From contig JAJXYN010000011.1 of assembly GCA_021780535.1 (NCBI GenBank), positions 15,295 through 79,294 on the forward strand: a stretch of 64,000 nt of DNA. The letters are read 5' to 3'. Both the position numbers and the translations under genes were made by a program. The stretch is from a bacterium (GTDB taxonomy: Bacteria; Patescibacteriota; Patescibacteriia; JAGPKW01). Each line of letters begins with the position of its first letter. The stretch's first letter is position 1. Under the pieces are notes generated by a model that saw only the letters and a program-made list of their open reading frames with translations, was not told the origin of the DNA and did not search any database. Below, piece after piece: positions 32,342 to 43,119 of this stretch.

Positions 32342-34265
32342 AAATGTAACAACTAAAGATTCGGAGGTGCTAAATGAGAATATAGAAGACTATTCCGAGA
32401 GAAGTATAGAAGGCGATAATATAGCTCCATCGTCTGATAAGTTTTTATTTGCTAAAAATAAAATAAAAAAAGGAAAGGTGCTAGCATTTTTTATTTTTAC
32501 CTCATTTATTTTATTTGTATTAATTTCAAGAGTTTATCAATTACAAATAATAAAAAATAGTTACTATTCTGAGCTTTCTGATGGTAATAAAACTAGAAAT
32601 ATAGAAATAAAACCTCAAAGAGGAATAATTTTTGATAAAAATTTTAAAAAATTGGTGAATAATATCCCAATATATTATTTATATTATATTCCTTACGATG
32701 TTCCTAAAAAAGAAGACGAACTAAATAAATTAAAATATGAATTAAAATTAATATTAAATTTAGATGATAAAATATTAAATAAAATTAAATTTGCGAGATC
32801 TTATAAAAAAGTATTTTTGGTTGAGGTGGATGATTTAGATAAAATATCCAAAGTAAAATTAGATATAGAAAATACTAGCGGACTTCTTATTGAACCTTAT
32901 TTTATAAGGGAATATGAAAATTCTGATGTTCAATCTTTGTCTAGTATTATTGGATATGTTGGAAAATTAAATGATTCTGATATATCTAAATATCCAAATT
33001 ACAAATTAAATGATAATGTGGGTAAATATGGATTAGAATTATATTATGAAGATAAACTAAAAGGATCTTCTGGGGCTGAACAAATAGAAGTTAATAATGT
33101 TGGAAAAGAAATAAAAGTAACAAATGAAATAGCTCAACAACCTGGTAATAATTTAAAGTTATCTATTGATTATAATTTTCAAAAAAAAATAGAAGAAATA
33201 TTACAAACTACACTTACTAAAAATCATTTAAAGAGTGGCACTGTTATCGCAATGAATCCAAAAAATGGCGCTATTCTTGGGCTTGTTAGTCTTCCATCTT
33301 ATAATTCAAATGACTTTTCTTTTAAAAACTCTGATAAAATAAATGAGTATTTTACAAGTGAAGATAAGCCTCTTTTTAATAGGGCTATAGGTGGAAAATA
33401 TCCGCCAGCATCAACTTTTAAACTCATTATGGCTTCTGCTGGTCTTGAAGATGGCGTTATAAACACGAACACGATTATAAACGATCTTGGTAAAATTGTT
33501 GTTAAAAATAAATATGGCCTTAACGTAAGCTACACTTTTAAAGGTTGGGATCCTTATGGTCTTGGCAAAATGAATATTTATCATGCATTAGCTCAATCAT
33601 CAGATATTTATTTCTATTATGTTGGTGGTGGTTTTGGTGATTTCCGTGGACTTGGTATAGATAAAATGGTTGAATATTTTAAGAAATTTAAACTAGATCA
33701 AAAAACTGGCATAGATTTACCATACGAAGTGCCGGGTTTTATACCTACACCAGAGTGGAAAAATAGTACTAGAGATGAGATTTGGACTCTTGGTAATACT
33801 TATAATACATCTATTGGGCAAGGGGATTTGTTATTAACTCCTATGCAAATAGCTATGTACACTAGCTATTTTGCTAATAATGGCACTAGTTATGAGCCTA
33901 GGGTGGTTGATTCCATACTTGATGAGAATAATAATCTTGTTTCAAAAGTACAGGGGAATGTTTATTTATCTAATATTGTATCTCAAAATACTACTAAAAT
34001 TATTAGAGATTCTATGAAACTATGTGTTGATGACGCTAAAAATGGAACATGTAGAGGACTTAGATCTTTAAATATAGATGCTGCTGGTAAAACTGGTACT
34101 GCTGAAGTTGCAAATAAAACACAATTAAATGCTGTTTTTACTGGTTTTGCACCTTTTGATAATCCGGAAATTGTTGTTACTGTTCTTGTTGAAAATGGTG
34201 GGGAAGGATCTACTGTTGCACTTCCTATTGCTAGAGATGTACTTAAGGAATATTTTAAAAAATAA
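32319..34265 (+). CDS. mrdA: Penicillin-binding protein 2
   Basis: RGIIFD, SxxK (PASTFK), SSD, KTGTAE. Confidence 0.93.
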   Translation: MNFWSEIENVTTKDSEVLNENIEDYSERSIEGDNIAPSSDKFLFAKNKIKKGKVLAFFIFTSFILFVLISRVYQLQIIKNSYYSELSDGNKTRNIEIKPQRGIIFDKNFKKLVNNIPIYYLYYIPYDVPKKEDELNKLKYELKLILNLDDKILNKIKFARSYKKVFLVEVDDLDKISKVKLDIENTSGLLIEPYFIREYENSDVQSLSSIIGYVGKLNDSDISKYPNYKLNDNVGKYGLELYYEDKLKGSSGAEQIEVNNVGKEIKVTNEIAQQPGNNLKLSIDYNFQKKIEEILQTTLTKNHLKSGTVIAMNPKNGAILGLVSLPSYNSNDFSFKNSDKINEYFTSEDKPLFNRAIGGKYPPASTFKLIMASAGLEDGVINTNTIINDLGKIVVKNKYGLNVSYTFKGWDPYGLGKMNIYHALAQSSDIYFYYVGGGFGDFRGLGIDKMVEYFKKFKLDQKTGIDLPYEVPGFIPTPEWKNSTRDEIWTLGNTYNTSIGQGDLLLTPMQIAMYTSYFANNGTSYEPRVVDSILDENNNLVSKVQGNVYLSNIVSQNTTKIIRDSMKLCVDDAKNGTCRGLRSLNIDAAGKTGTAEVANKTQLNAVFTGFAPFDNPEIVVTVLVENGGEGSTVALPIARDVLKEYFKK

Positions 34266-34275
34266 ATTAATAAAA

Positions 34276-34367
34276 ATTTAAATAATAATATTTTCTTTCC
34301 ATAGTGTTCCACTCAATTAAGATATCAAAGGAGTTCACAAATGAACGAAAATATTATTATTTAAGTT
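34276..34367 (+). repeat. Dispersed ~95 nt hairpin motif, copy 3
   Basis: Outer stem tttaaataataatattttc/gaaaatattattatttaag; inner stem actc/gagt, a compensatory version of gctc/gagc. Confidence 0.8.
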
Positions 34368-34437
34368 ATAACCAGATTTGCATTTTTCATGCATTTATCA
34401 TAATATTATTTTATTAAAATAAACTAAAAATAAAGAT

Positions 34438-35829
34438 ATGCAAGATATTATTTCTATTGTTGGTACGGGATTTGTTGGGCTTACTACCGCTGCTGTATTT
34501 GCTAATGCTGGATATAGAACTTATACAATTGATACTGATGAAAATAAGATAAATACTATTAAATCAGGTAAATCTCCTTTTTATGAACCTGGTATTGATG
34601 GCTTTGTTGAGAGAGCTATTACTATTGGAAATCTTATTCCTACCACTTCATATTCTGAATCTATACCAAATTCTAATATTGTTTTTATTTGTGTTGGAAC
34701 TCCATCAAATGAAGATGGTAGTGTTGATTTAAAATATGTTTTTGAATCAGTTTCTTCTATTATAGAAAATGCAAATTCAGACTTAATTATAGTTCAAAAA
34801 TCTACCGTACCCGTTGAAACTGCTAGAAGACTAGAGAAAATGATTCAAGAAAAGAACAAAAAAAACATTAAGATAGATGTTGTATCTGCACCAGAATTCT
34901 TAAGAGAGGCGTCTGCTGTTTTTGATACTCTATTTTTTGACAGATTGGTTGTTGGTGCTAGAAATAATGAAGCTGCAAATAAAATTATAGAGATATATAA
35001 AAATGTTGACTCTTTTTCTAAGGTTATAAATTATGAAAAATTTATTGATTATGCTTTTAACAATACTAGTAAAAAATATTTAGATAATTTACCGCTTTTT
35101 GAAAAAAGAATACTTAGAACAAAGGTGGAGAGCGCTGAATTATTAAAAGTTACTGCTAATTCTTTCTTAGCAATGAAAATTTCTTTTGCTAATTCTATTG
35201 CTAGAATTTGTGATGAAACCGGGGCTATCTCAAAAGAGGTTATGGACGGTATTGGCATGGATTCTAGAATAGGAAGATCTTTTCTTTACCCTGGGCTTGG
35301 ATATAGTGGTGGGTGTTTTCCAAAAGATGTTTCTGGTATGATAAATACAGCAAATGAATATAATGTTGACTTTGGAATATTAGAAGAAGTAAAAAAAATT
35401 AATTCTGGACAAATTAATATTGTCGTAAATAAATTGAAAAGATTAATTGGAGAAAATTTAGAAGGCAAGAAGATTACAGTTCTTGGTTTATCTTTTAAGC
35501 CAGGCACTAGTGATATTAGAAAATCTCAATCTATTTATTTAATAAAAAGATTAATAAAACTTGGAACTATTGTAAATGCTTTTGATCCTAAGGCCACAGA
35601 TGAAGCTAAAAAAGAATTTAATGATAAGAATTTAAATTATATGAATTCTATAGAGTCTGCATGCCAATCATCTGATTGTGTTGTTATTGCAACAGAATGG
35701 AATGAATTTGTAAATTTTGATTATAACTCAATTAAAGAAACTTTAAATAATAAAAATATATTAGATTGTAGAAATTGTTTAAATAAAGATAAAATTACCG
35801 AATCTGGATTTAATTATATTGGATTTTAA
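34438..35829 (+). CDS. ugd: UDP-glucose 6-dehydrogenase
   Basis: GTGFVG, FICVGTP, PEFLRE, GYSGGCFPKD, FKPGTSDIR. Confidence 0.93.
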   Translation: MQDIISIVGTGFVGLTTAAVFANAGYRTYTIDTDENKINTIKSGKSPFYEPGIDGFVERAITIGNLIPTTSYSESIPNSNIVFICVGTPSNEDGSVDLKYVFESVSSIIENANSDLIIVQKSTVPVETARRLEKMIQEKNKKNIKIDVVSAPEFLREASAVFDTLFFDRLVVGARNNEAANKIIEIYKNVDSFSKVINYEKFIDYAFNNTSKKYLDNLPLFEKRILRTKVESAELLKVTANSFLAMKISFANSIARICDETGAISKEVMDGIGMDSRIGRSFLYPGLGYSGGCFPKDVSGMINTANEYNVDFGILEEVKKINSGQINIVVNKLKRLIGENLEGKKITVLGLSFKPGTSDIRKSQSIYLIKRLIKLGTIVNAFDPKATDEAKKEFNDKNLNYMNSIESACQSSDCVVIATEWNEFVNFDYNSIKETLNNKNILDCRNCLNKDKITESGFNYIGF

Positions 35830-35837
35830 TTTGTGTG

Positions 35838-35864
35838 GTAGGTGCAAGGCATACCTTGCACCTA
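35838..35864. repeat. GTAG-type REP-like palindrome
   Basis: gtaggtgcaagg-cata-ccttgcaccta; shares GTAGGTGC/GCACCTA arms with the palindrome at 53554. Confidence 0.65.
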
Positions 35865-35945
35865 TATATTAATGTTTTTTATTTACTTTTTTTATGATTT
35901 AATGTATTTTATATCAACAACAAACAAACTGGAGGACGACTAACT

Positions 35946-36815
35946 ATGTTTAACTACTTAATTGATATTAAAGATATTGATATTGATTTTTTAGTAGAAA
36001 TAATTGCTAGTATTGTTTCTTTCCCACCTTTTATGGAAAGATCGGATTTTTATCATCAAAATATAAATTCATCTGCTCGCGAAACTATTTTTATAGATCA
36101 TACGGTGGGAGTCGTAAATGAGTTTTATAAGAATACCGATCATGGTTTTGCTCATTCTGTTAATGTATATAATCGAGCTAAAAAAATAGCTGAAGACATT
36201 GCTATGCATGACCAAATGTTTAATGACATAAAAGACGAAACCATACACATTTTAAAATGGTCAGCAATTTTCCATGATATAAGCCGTTTTTATGGAAAGA
36301 ATAAAAACCGCGGGTTTATAAGTAAGGCACTCGTTGAAGATGTATTTTTTTACAAAAATGACCCAGCAAAAACAGCTATTTTTCTTTGCATAGAAAGACA
36401 TGATTGGTTCAATACTAGAATAGACGGAGAATTACCGGACAAATTTAAAAGAAATCCTATCGTTGATATATTTAGACTTGCTGACAAAACTTCCATTTCT
36501 CCACTTGATGAATTAAAAAGATATTATAAAACAGGAAAAAAATATAATACTATATTTTTTAACCCAAATATTCCTATTAGCAGAAGATTTGAATTCAAAG
36601 ATAATTTAAAAGAAAGGGATATGATTACATTTTTTCTTCTTATTTTTATAATGAATGAAAATAGTTTCTTTTTTAATGCTACTAGAAGAATTTATATGGA
36701 ATGGGCAATAAATAAAGAAGATTTAAAAAAATATATAGTAAAAGATCTTTGTGTAGCCGAAAATATTCCATTGAACCAAATTAGAATGATCAATGAGATT
36801 TTAAATATGGTATGA
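35946..36815 (+). CDS. HD-domain protein (standalone)
   Basis: DHGFAHS, FHDISR, RHD, LADK; GGAGG SD; terminator ggacac/gtgtcc near 36821-36848. Confidence 0.7.
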   Translation: MFNYLIDIKDIDIDFLVEIIASIVSFPPFMERSDFYHQNINSSARETIFIDHTVGVVNEFYKNTDHGFAHSVNVYNRAKKIAEDIAMHDQMFNDIKDETIHILKWSAIFHDISRFYGKNKNRGFISKALVEDVFFYKNDPAKTAIFLCIERHDWFNTRIDGELPDKFKRNPIVDIFRLADKTSISPLDELKRYYKTGKKYNTIFFNPNIPISRRFEFKDNLKERDMITFFLLIFIMNENSFFFNATRRIYMEWAINKEDLKKYIVKDLCVAENIPLNQIRMINEILNMV

Positions 36816-36921
36816 AAAATGGACACATTAGCTTTCGCTTTTGTGTCCTTATTTTTTTAGATTGCATTAATTCGTTATATATCGTAATATTTAAATATTA
36901 TTAATACTATATTATTTTAAT

Positions 36922-37872
36922 ATGAAATTAATATCTATAATTATTCCAATATATAATGAGAAAGAGAATGTCCCTCTATTTTTTGAAGAATTCTTAAAAA
37001 TTAATGAACAATTAAAAGATAAATATTTATTTGAACTTCTTTTTATTAATGATGGCAGTTCTGATTCTTCTATTAATGAATTATACAAACTTGAAGATGA
37101 CAATAAAACTAATATCATTATTAAAACTTTAGATTTTGCCCGTAATTTTGGTAAAGAAATAGCATTAACTGCTGGAATAGAAAATGCAGATGGCGACGCT
37201 TGCTTGATGATAGATGCTGATTTACAACACCCCATAGAACTTATTCCTAATTTTATTAAAAAATGGGAAGAAGGTTTTGATGTCGTTATTGGTGTTAGAG
37301 AACATAACAAGGGCGAGGGAATTATAAAGAAAATGGGATCTAAGTTATATTATTCTGTAATGAATAGAATTTCTGATACTAAAATTATTCCTCGTGCTAC
37401 TGATTTTAGGATTATTGACAAATCTGTTATTGAATCTTTTCTAAAATTTACTGAAAGAAAAAGAATGACAAGGGCATTGATTGATTGGCTTGGTTTTAAA
37501 CGTGATTATATATATTTTAATGCTAACGAGAGAAAATTTGGAAAGGCTAGTTATGATGTTGTAAAATTAACAAAATTAGCTTTAAATAGTTTTATTAATC
37601 ATAGTCTTTTCCCACTTAAAATAGCTGGATATTTAGGTGCTCTTATTACTATTTTCTTTGGACCTCTTGGATTATTTATTTTTATTGGAAGATATTTTAC
37701 TCATAGTGATTTTGCTTTGAGTTTTACTGGATCTGCTTTACTTGCAATAGTTAATGCATTTTTAATTGGTATAGTTTTGAGTTCACTTGGACTTATAGCA
37801 TTATATATTGCTAATATTGAAAATGAAGTGAAAAATAGACCTCTTTATGTTGTTAGAAAAAGAAGAAAATAA
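36922..37872 (+). CDS. GT2 polyprenol-phosphate glycosyltransferase (GtrB/ArnC-like)
   Basis: IPIYNE, NDGSSD, RNFGKEIAL, DADLQHP; two C-terminal TMs. Confidence 0.9.
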   Translation: MKLISIIIPIYNEKENVPLFFEEFLKINEQLKDKYLFELLFINDGSSDSSINELYKLEDDNKTNIIIKTLDFARNFGKEIALTAGIENADGDACLMIDADLQHPIELIPNFIKKWEEGFDVVIGVREHNKGEGIIKKMGSKLYYSVMNRISDTKIIPRATDFRIIDKSVIESFLKFTERKRMTRALIDWLGFKRDYIYFNANERKFGKASYDVVKLTKLALNSFINHSLFPLKIAGYLGALITIFFGPLGLFIFIGRYFTHSDFALSFTGSALLAIVNAFLIGIVLSSLGLIALYIANIENEVKNRPLYVVRKRRK

Positions 37873-37963
37873 GATATAATTTGACCTTATTAATTTAAAG
37901 TAGTAGCCTTATAGTTGTGCTATTGGCACTTTTCAAATTCAATTATTTTCTATGGGAGGGACT

Positions 37964-38491
37964 ATGCCTACGAAACTGGGTGATTTTGTTTACTCAATCA
38001 GAAGGAATTTTTTCTCACTGGCTATGATTTTTTATTTCATCTTTCAGTTCCCATTGTTTGTGTTTGTTGGAAATAATATTTATAAACTTTTTTTGCAAGG
38101 TGACAAAAGTAAAATAGTTTACGATATTTTTTATAATAATATAGCTTTTTATTTTATTGGACTTATATCAAGTCCAATGATAGTTGCATTTGCACTGTCT
38201 ATTCTCGTTGTTATCTGGTTTATAGCTTATGGTATTTATTCGCTAATTGGGTTAATACTAATAGGCATTTTTTATGAAGATATTGAATCAAATGCCAACA
38301 CTATTTTTGAAGTGATAAAATATGAACATTGGTTCAATAGCCAAGAAGTAGAGCCATCTATGATACATTCTTGGATAGAAAATGTCAGAATATTCAAAGC
38401 AGAAATTCTTAACAATAAATTGAAGAAAATGATTAAAGATATGGCACTTAGACATCTTGAACTAAAAAAAGCTTTTGTACAAAACCAGTAA
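37964..38491 (+). CDS. Hypothetical membrane ORFan (start moved)
   Basis: GGGAGGG SD before ATG 37964; TM segments; terminator gcccc/ggggc at 38521-38537. Confidence 0.65.
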   Translation: MPTKLGDFVYSIRRNFFSLAMIFYFIFQFPLFVFVGNNIYKLFLQGDKSKIVYDIFYNNIAFYFIGLISSPMIVAFALSILVVIWFIAYGIYSLIGLILIGIFYEDIESNANTIFEVIKYEHWFNSQEVEPSMIHSWIENVRIFKAEILNNKLKKMIKDMALRHLELKKAFVQNQ

Positions 38492-38576
38492 TAGGTAATA
38501 ACTATTATTGTAATTTCTTTGCCCCGCACAATGGGGCATTTTTTATTAAACTAAAATATATATTTTAACGTTTTTT

Positions 38577-38625
38577 AATTTTATTGTGTAAAACTAGGCA
38601 AATAAATAATTTGACTGATACAATA
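38577..38625 (+). repeat. Cassette-boundary repeat A, partial copy
   Basis: aattttattgtgtaaaactaggcaaataaataatttgactgatacaat, nearly identical to 39342-39389. Confidence 0.85.
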
Positions 38626-38627
38626 AA

Positions 38628-38655
38628 TTGACAAAAATGAATACTATGATAAAAT
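38628..38655 (+). promoter_or_regulatory. sigma70 promoter convergent on the NYN gene
   Basis: TTGACA-16-TAAAAT with TGn extension. Confidence 0.6.
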
Positions 38656-38660
38656 AATAA

Positions 38661-38750
38661 TACTTACTATTGGTAGGGCATAGCTTAAGCGTTAGTACTT
38701 AATTCAGACCCCCAGATAAAAATACTACGATTTTGTCGTAGTATTTTTGT
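38661..38750 (+). ncRNA. Candidate NYN-associated small RNA
   Basis: GC-enriched stretch after the promoter; ends in the aaaaatactacga/tcgtagtattttt hairpin overlapping the NYN stop. Confidence 0.5.
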
Positions 38751-39228
38751 TTTCTAAAAATTTACAATCATTTAAAAAAATTAAAAATTTATTAGGGGTA
38801 ACTGTTTTTAATAACATAGAAAGCTTTTTTCTATTTGGAATAATTAATTTATAAAATTTATTATTTGATATTAGATATTTAACAATGCAATCAAAATCAC
38901 CATCGCCAGTAACTACGATACATTTATTATAAATATTAAAATAAATCATAATATTTAAAATCATTAAAGAATCTACATTTCCTTTTATTTTACCATTATT
39001 ATTTATTAAAATATTTTTAAAAACTAAGATATAACCAATGTTTTTTAAATATTCATATAAATTTTTATTTTTCTCAATAAAGCCAATAAATAAAAACATT
39101 TTATTTGATTTATATTTTTCTTTAAGATAAATATAAAATCTTTGATAATCTAATTTCCAACCAAGTTCCAACACACCTAGATTTAAATTTTGATTATCTA
39201 TAAAAGTATAGATAATTTCTTTTTCCAT
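38725..39228 (-). CDS. NYN/LabA-family PIN-like ribonuclease
   Basis: FIDNQNL, KGNVD, VTGDGDF acidic catalytic motifs. Confidence 0.88.
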   Translation of the reverse strand: MEKEIIYTFIDNQNLNLGVLELGWKLDYQRFYIYLKEKYKSNKMFLFIGFIEKNKNLYEYLKNIGYILVFKNILINNNGKIKGNVDSLMILNIMIYFNIYNKCIVVTGDGDFDCIVKYLISNNKFYKLIIPNRKKLSMLLKTVTPNKFLIFLNDCKFLENKNTTTKS

Positions 39229-39262
39229 GTTTTGTTTTAAAATTAAACTATTACAAACATAT

Positions 39263-39389
39263 CAAACACTAAAACATGCAACATTAATTTCTATATTAAT
39301 TCTTTATTAATATTCCTAAATTTTGTTTTATATTAAATATTAATTTTATTGTGCAAAACTAGACAAATAAATAATTTGGCTGATACAAT
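39263..39389 (+). repeat. Cassette-boundary repeat A
   Basis: caaacactaaaacat..attaatt..ttattgtgcaaaactag..aaataaataatttg, matching 43559-43674. Confidence 0.88.
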
Positions 39390-39449
39390 TTATTGATTTT
39401 CGTGAAAAATGGGCGTAGAATTTGATATAAGATTTTTAATAAAATATAA

Positions 39450-40394
39450 ATGGCAAAAAAAATATTAGTTACAGGTGGAGCTGGTTTTGTTGGGTCACAT
39501 TTATGTAAAAGATTATTAGATGAAGGCAATGAGGTTGTTTGTTTGGATAATTTACAAACTTGTAGCAAAGAAAATATAAACGAATTATCATCTAATCCTA
39601 ATTTTACATTTGTATTACATGATGTAACTATTCCTTTTTGGACTAGGGTAGATGAAATTTATAATTTAGCTTGCCCGGCATCTCCTATTCATTATCAATT
39701 TAATCCTGTTAAAACTACTAAGACTTCTGTAATGGGTGCTATTAATATGTTAGATCTAGCTAGAGATAATAATGCCAGAATATTACAATCTTCTACTTCT
39801 GAAATTTATGGTGATCCTATGATTCATCCTCAACCAGAATCTTATTGGGGGAATGTAAATACCATAGGTATAAGATCTTGTTATGATGAAGGCAAAAGAT
39901 GCGCTGAAACTTTATTTTTTGACTACAATAGACAATTTAATACTAAAATTAGAGTTATAAGAATATTTAATACCTATGGTCCAAAAATGGCAGAGAATGA
40001 TGGAAGAGTTGTTTCTAATTTTATTATGCAGGCGCTTAAAAATGAAGATATAACAATATTTGGGACAGGTGATCAAACTAGATCGTTTCAATATATTGAT
40101 GATTTGATAGATGGAATGATTAAAATGATGAATAATGATAGAGATTTTATAGGTCCGGTAAATATTGGCAATCCTAATGAATTTACAATGAAAGAATTAG
40201 CGGAACTAATATTGAAATTAATTCCAGAAAGTAAAAGTAAAATAATTTTCAAAGACCTCCCACAAGATGATCCAAAACAGAGAAAACCTGTTATAGATCT
40301 AGCTAAAGAAAAATTAAATTGGGAACCAAAAATTAAATTAGAAGATGGTTTAAAGAAAACTATTGAATATTTTAGAGAAAAAATAAAAAAATAG
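39450..40394 (+). CDS. UDP-glucuronate decarboxylase (UDP-xylose synthase)
   Basis: [40 protein letters not shown]. Confidence 0.93.
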   Translation: MAKKILVTGGAGFVGSHLCKRLLDEGNEVVCLDNLQTCSKENINELSSNPNFTFVLHDVTIPFWTRVDEIYNLACPASPIHYQFNPVKTTKTSVMGAINMLDLARDNNARILQSSTSEIYGDPMIHPQPESYWGNVNTIGIRSCYDEGKRCAETLFFDYNRQFNTKIRVIRIFNTYGPKMAENDGRVVSNFIMQALKNEDITIFGTGDQTRSFQYIDDLIDGMIKMMNNDRDFIGPVNIGNPNEFTMKELAELILKLIPESKSKIIFKDLPQDDPKQRKPVIDLAKEKLNWEPKIKLEDGLKKTIEYFREKIKK

Positions 40395-40395
40395 A

Positions 40396-41394
40396 ATGAT
40401 TAAATATTCTTTTATAATTCCAGTAAAAGAAATAAATAATTACATCAAAGAATCTATTCCTAAAATATTAGAAATAGAAAGAAATGATTATGAAATTATC
40501 ATTTATCCAGATGAGATAGATAATAATTTTAATTCTCAAAAAACTAAACAAATAGCATCTGGTAATTGTGGACCAGCAGAAAAAAGAAGTTTAGCAATAA
40601 ATGATGCAAATGGAGAAATATTAGTATTTATTGATGATGATGCATATCCAGAAAAAAATTTACTAGATTTATTAGATAAAGATTTTGAGGATAAAAATAT
40701 TGTTGCTGTTGGTGGCCCAGCCATTACTCCAAGAAACGACGACTTTTGGCAGAAAGTTTCTGGTGCTGTATTTTTAAGCTCTATATCTGGTGGGAATCCT
40801 GAAAGATATATTTCTACTGGGAAGAAAAAATTTGTTAATGATTGGCCTTCTGTTAACCTATCTGTCAGAAAAAACGCATTTATTACTGTAAATGGATTTA
40901 ATAGTAAATACTGGCCAGGTGAAGATACTTTATTTTGTTTAGATTTATTAAAAAAAACTAATGGTAAAATATTATATGATCCCGATTTAATAGTTTATCA
41001 TCATAGAAGAAGTGGGTTTAAAAGACATTTAAAACAAATTGGACAATATGGATTACATAGGGGATTTTTTGCAAAAAAATATCCAGAAACATCTTTTAAA
41101 TTGAAATATTTTATACCTAGTATTTTTTTTGTGTTTGTCGTAAGTAGTATATTTTCTATATTTTTTAGTAATCTTTTATTGATTTTATATGGTATTGGGT
41201 ATATTTTATATATAGTTGCATTGATAAAAGCATTTTTAGATATTTATAAATACGAAACAAATATATTAATATGTATTAACGCTGCTTACTATATATTTTT
41301 TACTCATTTAATATATGGTTTTAACTTTATTAAAGGTTTTCTATTTACTAATGAATTAAAGAGTAAATTACGATCTACTGAATTAAAAAATTAA
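40396..41394 (+). CDS. Glycosyltransferase family 2
   Basis: FIDDDAYP, GGP, GFN..GED; C-terminal TMs. Confidence 0.85.
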   Translation: MIKYSFIIPVKEINNYIKESIPKILEIERNDYEIIIYPDEIDNNFNSQKTKQIASGNCGPAEKRSLAINDANGEILVFIDDDAYPEKNLLDLLDKDFEDKNIVAVGGPAITPRNDDFWQKVSGAVFLSSISGGNPERYISTGKKKFVNDWPSVNLSVRKNAFITVNGFNSKYWPGEDTLFCLDLLKKTNGKILYDPDLIVYHHRRSGFKRHLKQIGQYGLHRGFFAKKYPETSFKLKYFIPSIFFVFVVSSIFSIFFSNLLLILYGIGYILYIVALIKAFLDIYKYETNILICINAAYYIFFTHLIYGFNFIKGFLFTNELKSKLRSTELKN

Positions 41395-41403
41395 TCTACC
41401 AAA

Positions 41404-42924
41404 ATGAAAATAGCAATTTCTTATCCATCGTTAGAATCGGAAAAAGGTGTAGCATTACTTGGACAAAATCGTCAGTTCCAATGGTTTAATAGTCCTACTT
41501 ATATTTATCCTGTAATCCCGGCTTACACAGCAACATTATTAAAGCAAAATGGTTATGATGTTTTTTGGGATGATGGTATAGCTGAAGGATTGAATTATGA
41601 ATCTTGGAAAGAAAGATTTTTGAAAGAAAGTCCTGATGTTGTTATTTTTGAATCAAAAACCCCAGTGATAAAAAGACATTGGAGAATTATTAATGAATTA
41701 AAAGAATTAAGACCTGAAATAAAAATAATTTTAGTAGGTGATCATGTTACCGCATTCCCAGAAGAGAGTTTAAGATATTCTAAGGTTGATTATGTTTTAT
41801 CTGGTGGTGATTATGATTTTGGTGCTTTAAATTTAGTTAATTTTTTAGAAAATAAAGCTAATTTAGAGCCTGGTTGGTATTTTAGAGAATCCGGGGAATG
41901 GAATAAAGATTTGGAAAATGAAGACATTAATTGGGTTGATGGTGGCTTTGATAATTTAGTTATTAAAAATACTGGGGTAAAACAAGATTATCATCTACAC
42001 AACCTTGATACTCTTCCGATAGTTGATAGAGAATTAACTAAATGGAAATTGTACGCATTTAAAAATGGTAACTTTAAATACACTCCTGGTACATACATGA
42101 TGAGTGGTAGGGATTGTTGGTGGGGAAGATGTGCTTTTTGTTCTTGGACTACTTTATTCCCTGGAGCTAATTTTAGAACTAGATCTGCAAAATTAGCATT
42201 AGAAGAAGTTGGGCATTTGATAGATTTAGGTATTAAAGAAATCATGGAGGATTCTGGGTCTTTACCTATTGGACAATGGCTTATTGATTTTTGCAATGGA
42301 ATGATAGAAAAAGGATATAATACTAAAATTACGATGAGTTGTAATATGAGAATTAATGGTATTAAAGATCCTGAAACTTGGAAATTAATGAAGAAAGCTG
42401 GCTTTAGATTTGTTTTATTTGGTTTAGAATCCGCTAATCAAGAGACTTTAGACAGAATTGAAAAAAATCTTAAAATTGAAGAAATTGAACCTGGCCTTAA
42501 AATGTGTGAAAATGCTGGTTTAGAACCTCATATTACTACTATGATTGGTTACCCATGGGAAAAATATGGAGACGCTAAAAAAACTGTTGATTTAGCTAAA
42601 GATTTATTCAAAAAAGGGTATGTTGATACTTTGCAAGCTACTGTATTAATTCCTTATCCTGGCACGCCTTTATATAAATATTGTAAAGAAAATAATCTTT
42701 TGAATTTTAATGATTATGACAGATTTGACCAAAGAGAACAGGTTATGAAATGTGAATTAACTACTGAAAACGTTAAAGAATTAACTCAAGATTTATATAA
42801 GTCGTTTATTACTCCTAAATTTATTTTAAAGAAAGTCTTAAGTATAAGAAGTTTTGATGATGTAAAGTTTTTGTTCAAGGCTGCTTTTAAAGTTTTAGGA
42901 CATTTAATGGATTTTAAGAAATAA
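41404..42924 (+). CDS. B12-binding radical SAM protein
   Basis: N-terminal cobalamin-binding-like domain; GRDCWWGRCAFC, GLESAN, PYPGTPLY. Confidence 0.88.
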   Translation: MKIAISYPSLESEKGVALLGQNRQFQWFNSPTYIYPVIPAYTATLLKQNGYDVFWDDGIAEGLNYESWKERFLKESPDVVIFESKTPVIKRHWRIINELKELRPEIKIILVGDHVTAFPEESLRYSKVDYVLSGGDYDFGALNLVNFLENKANLEPGWYFRESGEWNKDLENEDINWVDGGFDNLVIKNTGVKQDYHLHNLDTLPIVDRELTKWKLYAFKNGNFKYTPGTYMMSGRDCWWGRCAFCSWTTLFPGANFRTRSAKLALEEVGHLIDLGIKEIMEDSGSLPIGQWLIDFCNGMIEKGYNTKITMSCNMRINGIKDPETWKLMKKAGFRFVLFGLESANQETLDRIEKNLKIEEIEPGLKMCENAGLEPHITTMIGYPWEKYGDAKKTVDLAKDLFKKGYVDTLQATVLIPYPGTPLYKYCKENNLLNFNDYDRFDQREQVMKCELTTENVKELTQDLYKSFITPKFILKKVLSIRSFDDVKFLFKAAFKVLGHLMDFKK

Positions 42925-42960
42925 TTTGACGAGATATTCTATTCTATGATATTATTTTAA

Positions 42961-43048
42961 TATCACCATGATAGAGCATGTTTTTGGCTCCAATATTTGT
43001 CCAAAAAATACTCTCTATTAATAAAAAACACCTTAACTGGTGCTTTTT
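42961..43048 (+). ncRNA. Candidate orphan small RNA
   Basis: TTGACG at 42926 and TGaTATTAT; stem atagag..tttttgg/ccaaaaa..ctctat; terminator cacc/ggtg plus Ts. Confidence 0.35.
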
Positions 43049-43119
43049 AATTTTAAAACTGAAAAATTCAAATTTAAAAACAATTTTAAAATCTAAATTT
43101 TAAAACATATAAAACATAG

